From Thermoproteota archaeon (GTDB lineage Archaea > Thermoproteota > Thermoprotei_A > Sulfolobales > Ignisphaeraceae), in the NCBI GenBank assembly GCA_030550585.1, contig JAUQPB010000001.1:32001-96000 (forward strand): DNA of 64,000 nucleotides. The letters run 5' to 3'. Shown piece after piece: positions 30,976 through 40,988 of this stretch. Within the stretch, counting starts at the first letter, position 1. Every line of letters starts with the position of its first letter. The position numbers were made by a program, and so were the translations under genes. The notes beneath the pieces are model-generated. The model did no database searches. It was not told where the DNA came from and worked only from the letters and a program-made list of their open reading frames with translations.

Positions 30976-32440
30976 GCACCATAGCCTTCTCGATTTCACT
31001 TCTAAAACTCTCTAGATTGCCGCCCTCAAAAAGCTTAGCTATTCTACCATCCACCATAACAGCCACCTTATCCGATATCTGAACAGCCTCATCAACATCC
31101 TCTGTGATTAGAAGAACACCACCGCCTGACAGGCTAAACCTCTGTAAAATGTCTAGCACCAAAGCCCTCGACCTCTCATCAAGCATTCTCGTGGGGTTGT
31201 GAGCTACAACAACCTTCGGCATTGTTAGGAGGAGTCTGCTTATAGAGACCTTCTGAACATTTCCACCAGACAATTTAGATACTTGTATAGCTGGATTCTC
31301 AGGAACTATGCCAAGCTTCTTAATAGCGTCTAGAACAACATCCTGGCTCAGCCTCTCCCTAGCATACATCCTCATATTCTCGATTATCGATAGCGTTACT
31401 GCTGTACCCTCTTTGAATGGGTCTTCAGGTATGTATACAAGTCCTTTTCTGGTTCTCTCGCTCGGAGGGCTCTTCGTCACATCAAATCCATCGATCTTTA
31501 CAGAACCGCTTGAAGCTTTTCTGAGACCGGCTATAGCCTCCCCCAGCTCTTTTTCCCCATTCCCAGCAACACCAACAATAGATACAATCTCACCTGCTCT
31601 AACATCAATTGAAAGTCCATCCACAGCTGTTTTCCCGTAGTCGTCGAGAACAACCAGCTTATCGACTGAGAGAACATTTTTAGAATCTTTTGATAGTCTC
31701 TGCAAAAGCTGTCTCGAAACTAGTTTGAGATACTCCTCTGTTCCAAACATTGCATGGCGAAGCTCCGAGGGGTTGGCAGCACCATTGAAAACCCTAGCAA
31801 CTTTTCCACGCCTAAGTACAACAAATCTATTTCCTATCTCAAGCGCCTCCGGTATCTTGTGCGTAATATATATAACCGCTCTATTGTCTGACACAAACCT
31901 TCTTAGAATCTCAAAGAACTTTGTTTTCAGGTCTTGTGGCAGATATGTAGCCGCCTCATCAACTATTAGAAGCCTGGGGTTTATCAGCAAGGCTTTTGCC
32001 AATTCGATGAACTGCTTCTCTGTATAGCTAATGCTAAAAACCTTTTTATGCACATCAATGCCTATGTCAAAACGTTTCAAAAAATCTTCAATCCTTTTGG
32101 CGAGGGTACCCGAAGGCGGTTCTCCGATGAAGAGAGCTATATTCTCTAGAATGCTTAGATCGTCTATTAGCTGCGGCCGCTGGCTTATCATTACAAAACC
32201 TTTTTTCTTGGCATCGAATGGCGATGAAAATCTAGCCTCAGAGCCGTCAACTATTATCTTGCCTCTATCGGGGACATAAACACCGTAGAGAACCTTGGCG
32301 AGAGTCGATTTTCCCGATCCATTCTCTCCGAGAACCACTAGAATCTCATTGAAGAAAATATCTAGTGTCACACCATCTAGAGCAACAACATCACCAAACC
32401 TTTTGTAAAGGTCAACAACTCTTATGAATGTCCTATTCAT
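30968..32440 (-). CDS. CUT2 family tandem ABC ATPase
   Basis: GENGSGKS, ITHKIPE, GVAGNG, LSGGNVQK. Confidence 0.95.
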   Translation of the reverse strand: MNRTFIRVVDLYKRFGDVVALDGVTLDIFFNEILVVLGENGSGKSTLAKVLYGVYVPDRGKIIVDGSEARFSSPFDAKKKGFVMISQRPQLIDDLSILENIALFIGEPPSGTLAKRIEDFLKRFDIGIDVHKKVFSISYTEKQFIELAKALLINPRLLIVDEAATYLPQDLKTKFFEILRRFVSDNRAVIYITHKIPEALEIGNRFVVLRRGKVARVFNGAANPSELRHAMFGTEEYLKLVSRQLLQRLSKDSKNVLSVDKLVVLDDYGKTAVDGLSIDVRAGEIVSIVGVAGNGEKELGEAIAGLRKASSGSVKIDGFDVTKSPPSERTRKGLVYIPEDPFKEGTAVTLSIIENMRMYARERLSQDVVLDAIKKLGIVPENPAIQVSKLSGGNVQKVSISRLLLTMPKVVVAHNPTRMLDERSRALVLDILQRFSLSGGGVLLITEDVDEAVQISDKVAVMVDGRIAKLFEGGNLESFRSEIEKAMVHG

Positions 32441-32507
32441 GTCCCCTTCCTCAACACAAATAATTTGGATGTGAGGATATAAAAAAGGTCATTCATTTCA
32501 TATATGT

Positions 32508-34046
32508 TTATTTGATAGTGCCTTGAAAGGCAACCCACTTAACAAACCAGTCCATGTTCCACAGATCGTCGTGTGTTAGCCTCTCACCAGGCTGCACATT
32601 CACCGGAGCATTGTCTGGCTGTCCTGTGCAGAATCTGGAGTAGTGCATTCCGGCTATGCAGTAGCCTGCTAGAGGTCCTGTGAAGGGGTCGAATACTGGG
32701 GCTATTGTGGCTGCTGGTACGTGGCTAGACCCTGTCGATATATTTGCTAGAACTTCGAGTTGATGTGTTAGAGCAGTTCCTTGTAGAGGCTGTAGGAGTG
32801 GTGCTTCTTTCATCTCATTGTATCTCCTCATAACGAGGTCGTAGACAGATAGTGTCTCGCCTGTTCTAACATCCTTTACCATTATGCTCTTGAGCAGTGG
32901 AACAAACTTTGGATTGATTCTCATAACACTTCCATTTGGATAGACATGTGCTCCCAGATCAACTGCTCCTGTGTTCAGAAGGTACCAGTAGTCAACGTTC
33001 TGGAGGTTGCTGGGGGTGTAGATACCTGCTTTGATCTTAGCCAATATATCGGCGTATATAACCTCCCATCTAACAAGCTGTCCACTTACAACAACGTCTG
33101 GGCCCCACTCATACATTGGGCTATAGTGGCTAAACACATATATCTGCTTGCCCTGCTTGTATAGACTCTCAGCATATTCTACAACAGCTGTTGAGTCCTC
33201 TGTAAATGCAAGCACATCAACATTGAACTGGTTGACGAGAGTCTCTGCAGCAGCCTTGGCCTTGTCCGGGTCGAACCAGGCGCCAATCTCAATAACATAC
33301 ACTGTTATGTTCTTGCCTAACTGCTCGCCAACCTCTTTAGCCCCTATGGCAAAAGCGTTTATGTGCCTAACAACCTCTGGAATTGTGTGCGCCGCAACAT
33401 ACCCTATCTTACCTGTCTTCGTTAGCGCCCCCGCCATCAGACCATTCAAATAGTATATCTGATATAGATCGGCAAAGTATGTGCCCATGTTGGACAGTCT
33501 CTTGTAGCCAGAGCAGTGGAAGAACATCACATTCCTGTACTCCTGTGCCTTCTCATATGTCTGATCCATGAAATCAAAGCTTGTTGTGAATATCACTGTA
33601 TAGCCCTTTCTAACGAGATCGTCTATCACAGCTGGCGACTGCGATGCCTGCACATTCTCAACATATGTTGTTTCGAGCCAATCCTTATAGAGCTCTGCCA
33701 CAACCCTCCTACCAACATCATGCATATAGCTCCATCCAAAATCTCCAACAGGCCCAACATAGATCCATGCAGCTTTGATCTTCTGAGGAACTGTATATGC
33801 AACTCCCTCGGTTTTCGTAACTGTTAATGTTGTTGTAGCTATTTGTTGTATGGGTGTTATTGTGACTGTTTGGACTCGGGGAACACTCTGGTCAGTTCCA
33901 GCTAGATATGTAGTTTGTGTCGCTAGCGATGTGGTTGTTATGGTTATAGTTGTAGCTGGATTTGCTATGTAATATCCTGCTACATAACCAGCTACAATAC
34001 CTATTATCAATAGGACCACTGCTATGATATATGGTGTTTTGGGCAT
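32508..34046 (-). CDS. BMP family substrate-binding protein (purine/nucleoside type)
   Basis: N-terminal TM and Thr-rich linker; YVGPVGDFGWSYMHD.GR, IFTTSFDFMD, IPEVVRHINAFAIG, WFDP. Confidence 0.92.
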   Translation of the reverse strand: MPKTPYIIAVVLLIIGIVAGYVAGYYIANPATTITITTTSLATQTTYLAGTDQSVPRVQTVTITPIQQIATTTLTVTKTEGVAYTVPQKIKAAWIYVGPVGDFGWSYMHDVGRRVVAELYKDWLETTYVENVQASQSPAVIDDLVRKGYTVIFTTSFDFMDQTYEKAQEYRNVMFFHCSGYKRLSNMGTYFADLYQIYYLNGLMAGALTKTGKIGYVAAHTIPEVVRHINAFAIGAKEVGEQLGKNITVYVIEIGAWFDPDKAKAAAETLVNQFNVDVLAFTEDSTAVVEYAESLYKQGKQIYVFSHYSPMYEWGPDVVVSGQLVRWEVIYADILAKIKAGIYTPSNLQNVDYWYLLNTGAVDLGAHVYPNGSVMRINPKFVPLLKSIMVKDVRTGETLSVYDLVMRRYNEMKEAPLLQPLQGTALTHQLEVLANISTGSSHVPAATIAPVFDPFTGPLAGYCIAGMHYSRFCTGQPDNAPVNVQPGERLTHDDLWNMDWFVKWVAFQGTIK

Positions 34047-34173
34047 TTTACATACACCACGCTACACGCTATCCACGTTAGGCTAATAAGCTCTGTGTAC
34101 AACAAATATGTAGCTATATACATAATCTATGTAAAGCGTGTTGAAAATGCTTGGCAACACCTTTGAGAAATGC

Positions 34174-36051
34174 CTAGCGTTGCCTTGGTAAGTAGAGTGC
34201 TTGAACAAACTCTTGCTTGAATAGTGGATGTGCCGAGAGCTCTATATACCTTATACTTTTGGCGAGATCCTCGAACTCTCTCCTTATCTCACTTGATTTT
34301 AGAGCCATTTTGGCACCGCTAATAGCGGTGTTGCCCACGAAAACAAATTTCCTTGCATCTGCCTTTGGCAGTAATCCTATGGCCATAGCGTTCTCAATGT
34401 TTATATGTGTCCCAAACGACCCTGCAATAAATATTTTTTGGAGGTCGTTGGCAGATATGTTGGCGTGTTTAAGCAGTATATTGATACCCGATGCAACAGC
34501 TGCTTTGGCTAGCAGAAACTCGTTTATGTCTTTTCCGCTAACTGTTATGCTCCTCCCCACCCCTGTTTCGTGGCTCCATGCAACAACAAACTTTTTCTTC
34601 CCATTGTCAACAACAATCCTCTTTGTCTTTATATCTTCTCTGAACCTCCCCCTATAGTCTATCAGGTTGTTTCTGTATAGATTGGCTATGAGGTCTATCA
34701 TTGCTGATCCGCATATCCCAATGGGCTTTGCGTTTCCAACAACATTGTACCTAACGTTGTAATCTCCAATGGATCTGTCGAAATATATGAAGACCTGGTC
34801 TATGGCGCCGACAACAGCCCTCATTCCAAACTCTATTGTGGCACCTTCAAACGCTGGTCCAGCAGGTGTTGAACATGCCAATATCTCTCTACCTGTATTA
34901 AAAAGTATTTCGCTATTGGTTCCAATGTCCACTAGGAGACATGGAGCATCACAGTCTCTAAGCCCGACAGCTACTGCATCTGCTAGGGCATCTGACCCTA
35001 CATAGCCTGCTACCACAGGTAGTGCATATACAATGCCCCTCTCATTGATGTTAACACCAATCTCTTTTGCATATAGATACACACCTCTTCTAACAGCTGG
35101 CACATATGGGGATGTGCCGAGGTATCTGGGGTTTATCCCGAGGAAAATGTGGTGCATAGCTGTGTTTCCAGCCACAACAACTTCGTATATTCTATTCCTA
35201 TCTACATTGGCTCTCAAAGACATTTTCTCTATAAGCATGTTTATAGCTGATACAACGAGTTTTTGGAGCTTCTCCAAACCCTCTCTATCTCTGCTAGCAT
35301 AGGCGATTCTAGATATTATGTCTGCTCCGTAGCTTGCCTGGGGGTTTGGCATGGACTCAACAGCTATTGTCTCCCCCTTGACAAGGTCGACGAGATGGGC
35401 AACAATCTTCGATGTGCCGATATCAACGGCAATTCCATAGATGCTGTTTGTTGTGTCTCCAGGCTCTATAGAGAGCACCTTGTTTCTCCATAAAACAACA
35501 GTTACAGACCAGTTCCCAGATCTCAGAGCTTCGGGAGCAATCCTAGCAGCATGCACATCAACGTCGTAGTCCCCCGCCAAAGTCTTTTTGCTGAGCTCAT
35601 CTAGAATCCTATCCAAGTCTGCTGTAACATCGGTTAGAGAAGCCGGGTTGACGGATACAAAAACCTTTTTTACTAGGGGGTTTAGAGGGACTGCCCTCTC
35701 AAAACCGATATCGGCAGAGGCATACCTCTGGACAAGACTTTCGTGGGGAACAGAAACAATGTAGTCTCCATCTACGACTTTAGCCTGGCAAGCAAGTCTA
35801 AAACCCTTTGAGATATCCTCAGAACCTAGAACCCTCTTCTCAGAATCTGTCAGAGGAGATGCAACACCTTTTTCAACAACAATTCTGCATTTGCCACACT
35901 CGCCAATACCACCACAATCAGCTCTTATGGAGATCCCAGCCTCTCTCAAACAATCCAAAAAAGTTTTTGAGGCCGCACATAAAACATCTCTTCCAAGGTT
36001 CTTCACAAATACCCTAGACGCCTTGCCCTCTCCACTCACGGCCAATACCAC
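34174..36051 (-). CDS. RACo/ASKHA-domain reductive activator of corrinoid proteins with N-terminal 2Fe-2S ferredoxin
   Basis: CGGIGECGKC...RLACQ, AVDIGTS, NPQASYGADIISRI, GNTAMHH, VDIGTNSE, AGPAFEG, GICGS, AGSFG, GNTAISGA. Confidence 0.93.
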   Translation of the reverse strand: MVLAVSGEGKASRVFVKNLGRDVLCAASKTFLDCLREAGISIRADCGGIGECGKCRIVVEKGVASPLTDSEKRVLGSEDISKGFRLACQAKVVDGDYIVSVPHESLVQRYASADIGFERAVPLNPLVKKVFVSVNPASLTDVTADLDRILDELSKKTLAGDYDVDVHAARIAPEALRSGNWSVTVVLWRNKVLSIEPGDTTNSIYGIAVDIGTSKIVAHLVDLVKGETIAVESMPNPQASYGADIISRIAYASRDREGLEKLQKLVVSAINMLIEKMSLRANVDRNRIYEVVVAGNTAMHHIFLGINPRYLGTSPYVPAVRRGVYLYAKEIGVNINERGIVYALPVVAGYVGSDALADAVAVGLRDCDAPCLLVDIGTNSEILFNTGREILACSTPAGPAFEGATIEFGMRAVVGAIDQVFIYFDRSIGDYNVRYNVVGNAKPIGICGSAMIDLIANLYRNNLIDYRGRFREDIKTKRIVVDNGKKKFVVAWSHETGVGRSITVSGKDINEFLLAKAAVASGINILLKHANISANDLQKIFIAGSFGTHINIENAMAIGLLPKADARKFVFVGNTAISGAKMALKSSEIRREFEDLAKSIRYIELSAHPLFKQEFVQALYLPRQR

Positions 36052-36192
36052 TCAGACCGCTTTGGACATACCTTTACCATTATGTATTCTGCGTTAATAA
36101 GCGAGTTGTGTATGAACTCTGCAGATACTGTTTCGGTTGAGCCTCATAGGAAATATACTTTGTTACACAGAGATCTTTTCTAGGGGTCTGAA

Positions 36193-36927
36193 ATGAGTGT
36201 TGTCTATGTGCATGCCAAGAGCCTTCCAGAGGCTTGGGAGAAGAGCCTTGTCGAGCTGTCGAGGGTTGGAATAGTCATAGAGACTGAATACAATGAGAGG
36301 TCTATTGATGCCCCAGCCTTCATAGTTGTTGAAGAGCCTTTCTCAGAGCCTAGAGTACATCTAAAGGGCATTGTAGCAGGCTCTCTCAAAGGTCTTCTGG
36401 AATATGTTGACGAGGTTGTCAAGGGAACCCACGACCATCTCGTAGAAAAGTTTGGCTACACATACCACGAAAGGCTCTTCAGCTATAGACTGCCAAACGG
36501 GTTGGTGGTAAACCAGATTGAGAAGGTTATAGAGAAGCTCAGAAAAGCTCCATACACAAGAAGAGCACAGGCAATAACGTGGCAACCTTGGAAAGATTTA
36601 GAGACAGAGCACCCACCATGCCTACAGAGAATGTGGTTCAGAGTTGTAAACGGGAAGCTAGTTATGCATGTCCACATGAGAAGCAACGACGCATTGAAAG
36701 CGGCCTACATGAACATGTACGCATTCACAGAACTACAAAAATATGTTGCAGAGAGGCTTGGAGTGGAGGTGGGGAGATACATACACGTAGCAGACTCGTA
36801 CCACGTATACGAAAGAGACTGGAAATGGTTCAAAACATTTGTGGAACAAATAAACAGCGGAGAATCGAGAAAAAGATGGAAAACAACAGAAGAATACATG
36901 AAAATGATACAAGCAGCAAAACAGTAG
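36193..36927 (+). CDS. thyA: Thymidylate synthase, archaeal (methanogen-type) ThyA
   Basis: YTYHERL, RRAQAITW, catalytic PPCL, MRSND, conserved Asn (AYMN), SYHVY. Confidence 0.9.
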   Translation: MSVVYVHAKSLPEAWEKSLVELSRVGIVIETEYNERSIDAPAFIVVEEPFSEPRVHLKGIVAGSLKGLLEYVDEVVKGTHDHLVEKFGYTYHERLFSYRLPNGLVVNQIEKVIEKLRKAPYTRRAQAITWQPWKDLETEHPPCLQRMWFRVVNGKLVMHVHMRSNDALKAAYMNMYAFTELQKYVAERLGVEVGRYIHVADSYHVYERDWKWFKTFVEQINSGESRKRWKTTEEYMKMIQAAKQ

Positions 36928-37062
36928 CATATCTGCGACTAACAGGTTTGTAAGTGCCACATCAACAATTTATTTAGGTTATGTGAAATATAAGTTGACA
37001 ATGTTTCTTACCAGCTTTTGAACGAAAAGCCATTCTGCAAAATTTACTATCGATTTGTATTA

Positions 37063-38412
37063 CTATGCCAGATTACTTATTATAATCTGTTTTCTTGGGC
37101 CTAGCTGAGATAGTGAGGCAGAAGCTGTTTTAACGGCTTTCTCTGTAGCTGACTCTATATCCGCTCCTCTGAGTAGCATGTATATGAAGACAGCTGAGAA
37201 TATGTCTCCAGCGCCTATAGGGTCTAAGACCTCTGTTTGAGGAGCCTCTATTTTCTTTGGCTCTGTCTGTGGGTAGCTATAGATCTTGGCTCCTCTGCTC
37301 CCCAGTGTTATTATTAGATGTTTAATTCCGTGGTCATAGAATGTTTTTGGGATGTCAAACCCCTTTCTGGAGAACAACTCGGCTTTATCCTCGTTTAGAA
37401 TCACTATTGGACTTTGTCTAAACACTGATAAGACTTCTTCTAGGAAATACTGGATGGCTTCTGCGCTGGGTCTATATACGATGAGCTTCTCCCCACCGAT
37501 TTCTCTGATGAGCTTTACATATAGACTGTTTATCCCCTCTCCCAAGTAAATTGCTTTAGCTTTTCTGCATGCCTCAACCAATTTCTCAGACAATTCTGTT
37601 ACAACTGGTGGTCTACCTCTATCATATCTACATTCAATCTTTATCTTGTCGCCATGAACAATGCTACAAATAGATGGTTCTGCATTCCTATCGAATACGG
37701 ATAAACTTATATCCACTCCTTCTCTAGCAATGCTATAGGCTGATTGAAGTCCTATGACATCTGTTGAAAACCTTGATGCAAAGCCTGTTTTTAGTCCAAG
37801 CCGAGACAGGGTCACAGCGACATTGGCTCCCGACCCTCCGAAGAACGCTTTATAGCCATGGGTTATATACACATCAAGAGCATTTGAGCCGAAAACAATA
37901 ACATCAAAATCTTTGTACCGAGGTTTTGCAAGGAATGTTCTAGCAATATCTGCAATATCTATATAGCTACTTTGGGGGATAGAGAATTTTGATGCAAAAT
38001 TCGTGATTCTCTCTATAAACTCTCTAACTACCTCTGTCAGATATATCTTTACAGTATCTCTATCAAGCTCTTGGGGGTCTCTGAACAGCAGATTGTACCA
38101 TTTGCCGAGTTCAGTAAGTCTATAGCATTTCACCTTAACTCTTCTCTTACCCCTCTCCTCAAATCTATATTCCTCTGAAAGGATATTCAATGAAACAAGC
38201 TTTTTTAGAGTAGCTATAATAGTCTTGTTGGAGTGCATCCTAAAACTTTTCACTATATCGCTTTGGCATAGATCTTCATTCCATTTAAACAGTCTAAGAA
38301 CATCTATAGCTATCTTAGATGAGAAAAGAGTTGATAGAAACAAAGCCCTCTTATCCACATCTATCGGCATAAAGACTATGAAAGGCCAAAAACTGTTCTC
38401 TTTATTGCTCAT
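37063..38412 (-). CDS. wHTH (ArsR-like) - PfkB/ribokinase fusion
   Basis: N-terminal helix-turn-helix-wing (TIIATLKKLVSLNIL...YRLTELG). C-terminal PfkB motifs GGSGANVA, NEDKA, ITLGSRGA, DPIGAGD. Confidence 0.85.
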   Translation of the reverse strand: MSNKENSFWPFIVFMPIDVDKRALFLSTLFSSKIAIDVLRLFKWNEDLCQSDIVKSFRMHSNKTIIATLKKLVSLNILSEEYRFEERGKRRVKVKCYRLTELGKWYNLLFRDPQELDRDTVKIYLTEVVREFIERITNFASKFSIPQSSYIDIADIARTFLAKPRYKDFDVIVFGSNALDVYITHGYKAFFGGSGANVAVTLSRLGLKTGFASRFSTDVIGLQSAYSIAREGVDISLSVFDRNAEPSICSIVHGDKIKIECRYDRGRPPVVTELSEKLVEACRKAKAIYLGEGINSLYVKLIREIGGEKLIVYRPSAEAIQYFLEEVLSVFRQSPIVILNEDKAELFSRKGFDIPKTFYDHGIKHLIITLGSRGAKIYSYPQTEPKKIEAPQTEVLDPIGAGDIFSAVFIYMLLRGADIESATEKAVKTASASLSQLGPRKQIIISNLA

Positions 38413-38492
38413 GATCCGCCCCTCGCTGTGTAGTTTTCTTGCACAGCAAAGCTTAAAGTTTTCTTGTGTAGCATGCTACACAGGGAAAAAGA

Positions 38493-39299
38493 ATGTCGTT
38501 GAAAGAAGGTTTAGGTGCGAGATATAGGGCATCGCTTATAGCGGCCTTTGCAGGTATTGGCGCTGCGGTATACTACATATTGTTGTGGCTACCAGGCATA
38601 CCTGTAATTGGGTTGCCAAATATAAAGATGGAGATTGGTGCTTCACTATCACCTGTATTCGGAATTGTTCTAGGGCCTTACATAGGGTTTTTGGCTGTAC
38701 TCATAGGGAATGCTATAAAGACCTTTGTTCCTACGCCAAACATTTATGGGATTCCATTTTTGCTTGCAGCACCCCTATCAGCTTTTGGTGCTGGAATGCT
38801 TGTGAAGAAGAGGTGGGCTGAGGTATCCATAGTCATGCTAGCAATGCTTATAGCAGCAATGTTTGCACCGCCATTCTATCCTGTGACGGAGTATTGGTAC
38901 GTATATCTAGTGGCATTTTACGACAAAATTGCTGCATTAATTCTCACACCAATCTTAATGATAATTGTGAATAGGATTAGCAAAAAGCAAAACACATTCC
39001 TATTTTACATAGCTCTATACATTACGATGTTCATTAGTAGAGAGCTTGACAAGGCGTTTGGCTGCTTTGTATTTGCACTACCACAAGTGTATAGAGATAT
39101 ATTTGGCATCACCAAAGTCTCTAAAGTGAGGAGCCTGTATCTTGTGAGCCCAATGTTCTACCTAGTGGAGTATATCCTAGAGGCTATAGTGGCGTTCGCC
39201 GTGGCCATACCGCTTATAAAGGCTCTAACTAGAGTGCCAGGACTATCCGAAATTCTGCACATAAGGTATTTGAGGGAGTGGCAAGGCAGTAGAAAGTGA
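38493..39299 (+). CDS. ECF transporter S component (substrate unknown)
   Basis: Multi-TM with PVFGIVLGPYIG S-component signature; upstream of ecfAA' and ecfT. Confidence 0.8.
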   Translation: MSLKEGLGARYRASLIAAFAGIGAAVYYILLWLPGIPVIGLPNIKMEIGASLSPVFGIVLGPYIGFLAVLIGNAIKTFVPTPNIYGIPFLLAAPLSAFGAGMLVKKRWAEVSIVMLAMLIAAMFAPPFYPVTEYWYVYLVAFYDKIAALILTPILMIIVNRISKKQNTFLFYIALYITMFISRELDKAFGCFVFALPQVYRDIFGITKVSKVRSLYLVSPMFYLVEYILEAIVAFAVAIPLIKALTRVPGLSEILHIRYLREWQGSRK

Positions 39300-39305
39300 T
39301 AGGGT

Positions 39306-40988
39306 GTGGCCATAGAGGTTAGAAACCTAACATATTTTTACCCAAACTCAGATACTCCGGCTCTGCAAGATATAAACTTTAAAATTGATTACGGAGAGTT
39401 TGCTATCATAACAGGCCCATCCGGTGGGGGCAAGTCAACACTTTGCAAAATCTTGGTGGGTCTAATACCTGGGATTTATGGTGGTAGGCTTAGTGGAGAG
39501 GTATATATTGATGGAGTCAACGTAATTGAGAAGGGGGTTAGAGGAGTTATAGGCAGGGTTGGTATTGTTCTACAGGTTCCCGAGAACCAGATTGCTAGTT
39601 TGCTTGTAGAAGAGGAGCTGGCTTTCGGACTAGAGAATCTTTTGTATGATCCTAGAGTAATTAGGGAAAGGATATACGAGGTTTCAAAAAATCTAGAAAT
39701 CGACCATCTGCTAAACAGAGCAACATATACCTTGTCTGGTGGAGAGGCTCAGAAGGTAGTTATCGGCAGTGTTCTTGTTTACAAGCCAAAGATTCTAATA
39801 CTGGATGAACCGCTTGCCCACATAGACCCTACTAGTGTGGAGAATCTGCTTTCTTTACTCATCAGAATTAACCGTGAAGAAGGCATAACTGTTGTGGTTA
39901 TTGAGCATAGATTATCGGAGTTGCTTAAATATGCATCAAGAGTAATTGTTTTGAATAGGAAGATAATTTTTGATGGTGGAGCCGAGGACAGCATACCATA
40001 TCTCATCGAGTCTGGCGTAGAAATACCCCCTGTCACAAAGCTTACTATTAGCATCAATGCAAAACCTGTCTTCTCTGTAGAAGATGCTTCCAGAGTCTTA
40101 GCTAGACATTTAACTCAAGGAATATGCAGATGCAAAAATGTTAGTGCTAACAGAAATGCGGTAAGATCTAGAGACAAAGAGGTGGCAATATCGCTAAACA
40201 ATGTTTGGTATGCTTATTCGGGCAACAGATACGTTTTGAGAGGTGTTAGTCTAGATATCTATAGAGGGGAGATGCTAGCTATTGTAGGTCCCAACGGCTC
40301 TGGGAAAACAACTCTTATAAAGCATTTCAATGGCCTTTTAAAGCCTGTGAAAGGCTATGTAAAGGTCTTTGGCAAAGACACTAAAATGCATAGTGTAGCT
40401 GAGCTGGCTAGACATGTTGGCATAGTATTTCAGAACCCTCTTCACCAATTTTTTGAGGAGACAGCATTAAAAGAGGTTATGTTTACCTTAAGAAACATGG
40501 GGATAGAGTACTCAGAAGATAGAGCAATGAAGATTCTCGAAATGTTTAAACTGGAGCACGTCGCCTACAGGTCTCCATATGAACTCTCTGTCGGTGAACA
40601 GAGGAGACTGGCTATAGCAAGTGTTGTTGCCTATGAACCAGATGTGATTGTATTGGACGAGCCCACAGCAGGTATAGACTATGCGCTTAAGATGGAGCTT
40701 CTAGAGGTAGTCAATAAGCTTCGAAAGAAGAATAAAACAATAGTAATAGTTACACATGACATGGAGTTCTTATCCAAAGCAAATGTGGATAGAGTTGTCG
40801 TTTTATACAATGGAAGAGTTGTTAGCGAGGGGAACCTTAGAGACGTTCTCTACTCGCCAAAGATAGAAGAGACTGGTGTATTTCGCCTTCCACAGGTGGT
40901 GAGACTGGCAAAAGCTCTAAAGCTAGATATCTGCATAAATCCATTGACCGTTGAGGAATTTGTGAACGCCATTGAAAGGTGCTTTTGA
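39306..40988 (+). CDS. ECF transporter fused double ATPase (EcfA-A')
   Basis: GPSGGGKS...LSGGE...DEPLAHID and GPNGSGKT...LSVGE...DEPTAGID. Confidence 0.93.
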   Translation: MAIEVRNLTYFYPNSDTPALQDINFKIDYGEFAIITGPSGGGKSTLCKILVGLIPGIYGGRLSGEVYIDGVNVIEKGVRGVIGRVGIVLQVPENQIASLLVEEELAFGLENLLYDPRVIRERIYEVSKNLEIDHLLNRATYTLSGGEAQKVVIGSVLVYKPKILILDEPLAHIDPTSVENLLSLLIRINREEGITVVVIEHRLSELLKYASRVIVLNRKIIFDGGAEDSIPYLIESGVEIPPVTKLTISINAKPVFSVEDASRVLARHLTQGICRCKNVSANRNAVRSRDKEVAISLNNVWYAYSGNRYVLRGVSLDIYRGEMLAIVGPNGSGKTTLIKHFNGLLKPVKGYVKVFGKDTKMHSVAELARHVGIVFQNPLHQFFEETALKEVMFTLRNMGIEYSEDRAMKILEMFKLEHVAYRSPYELSVGEQRRLAIASVVAYEPDVIVLDEPTAGIDYALKMELLEVVNKLRKKNKTIVIVTHDMEFLSKANVDRVVVLYNGRVVSEGNLRDVLYSPKIEETGVFRLPQVVRLAKALKLDICINPLTVEEFVNAIERCF

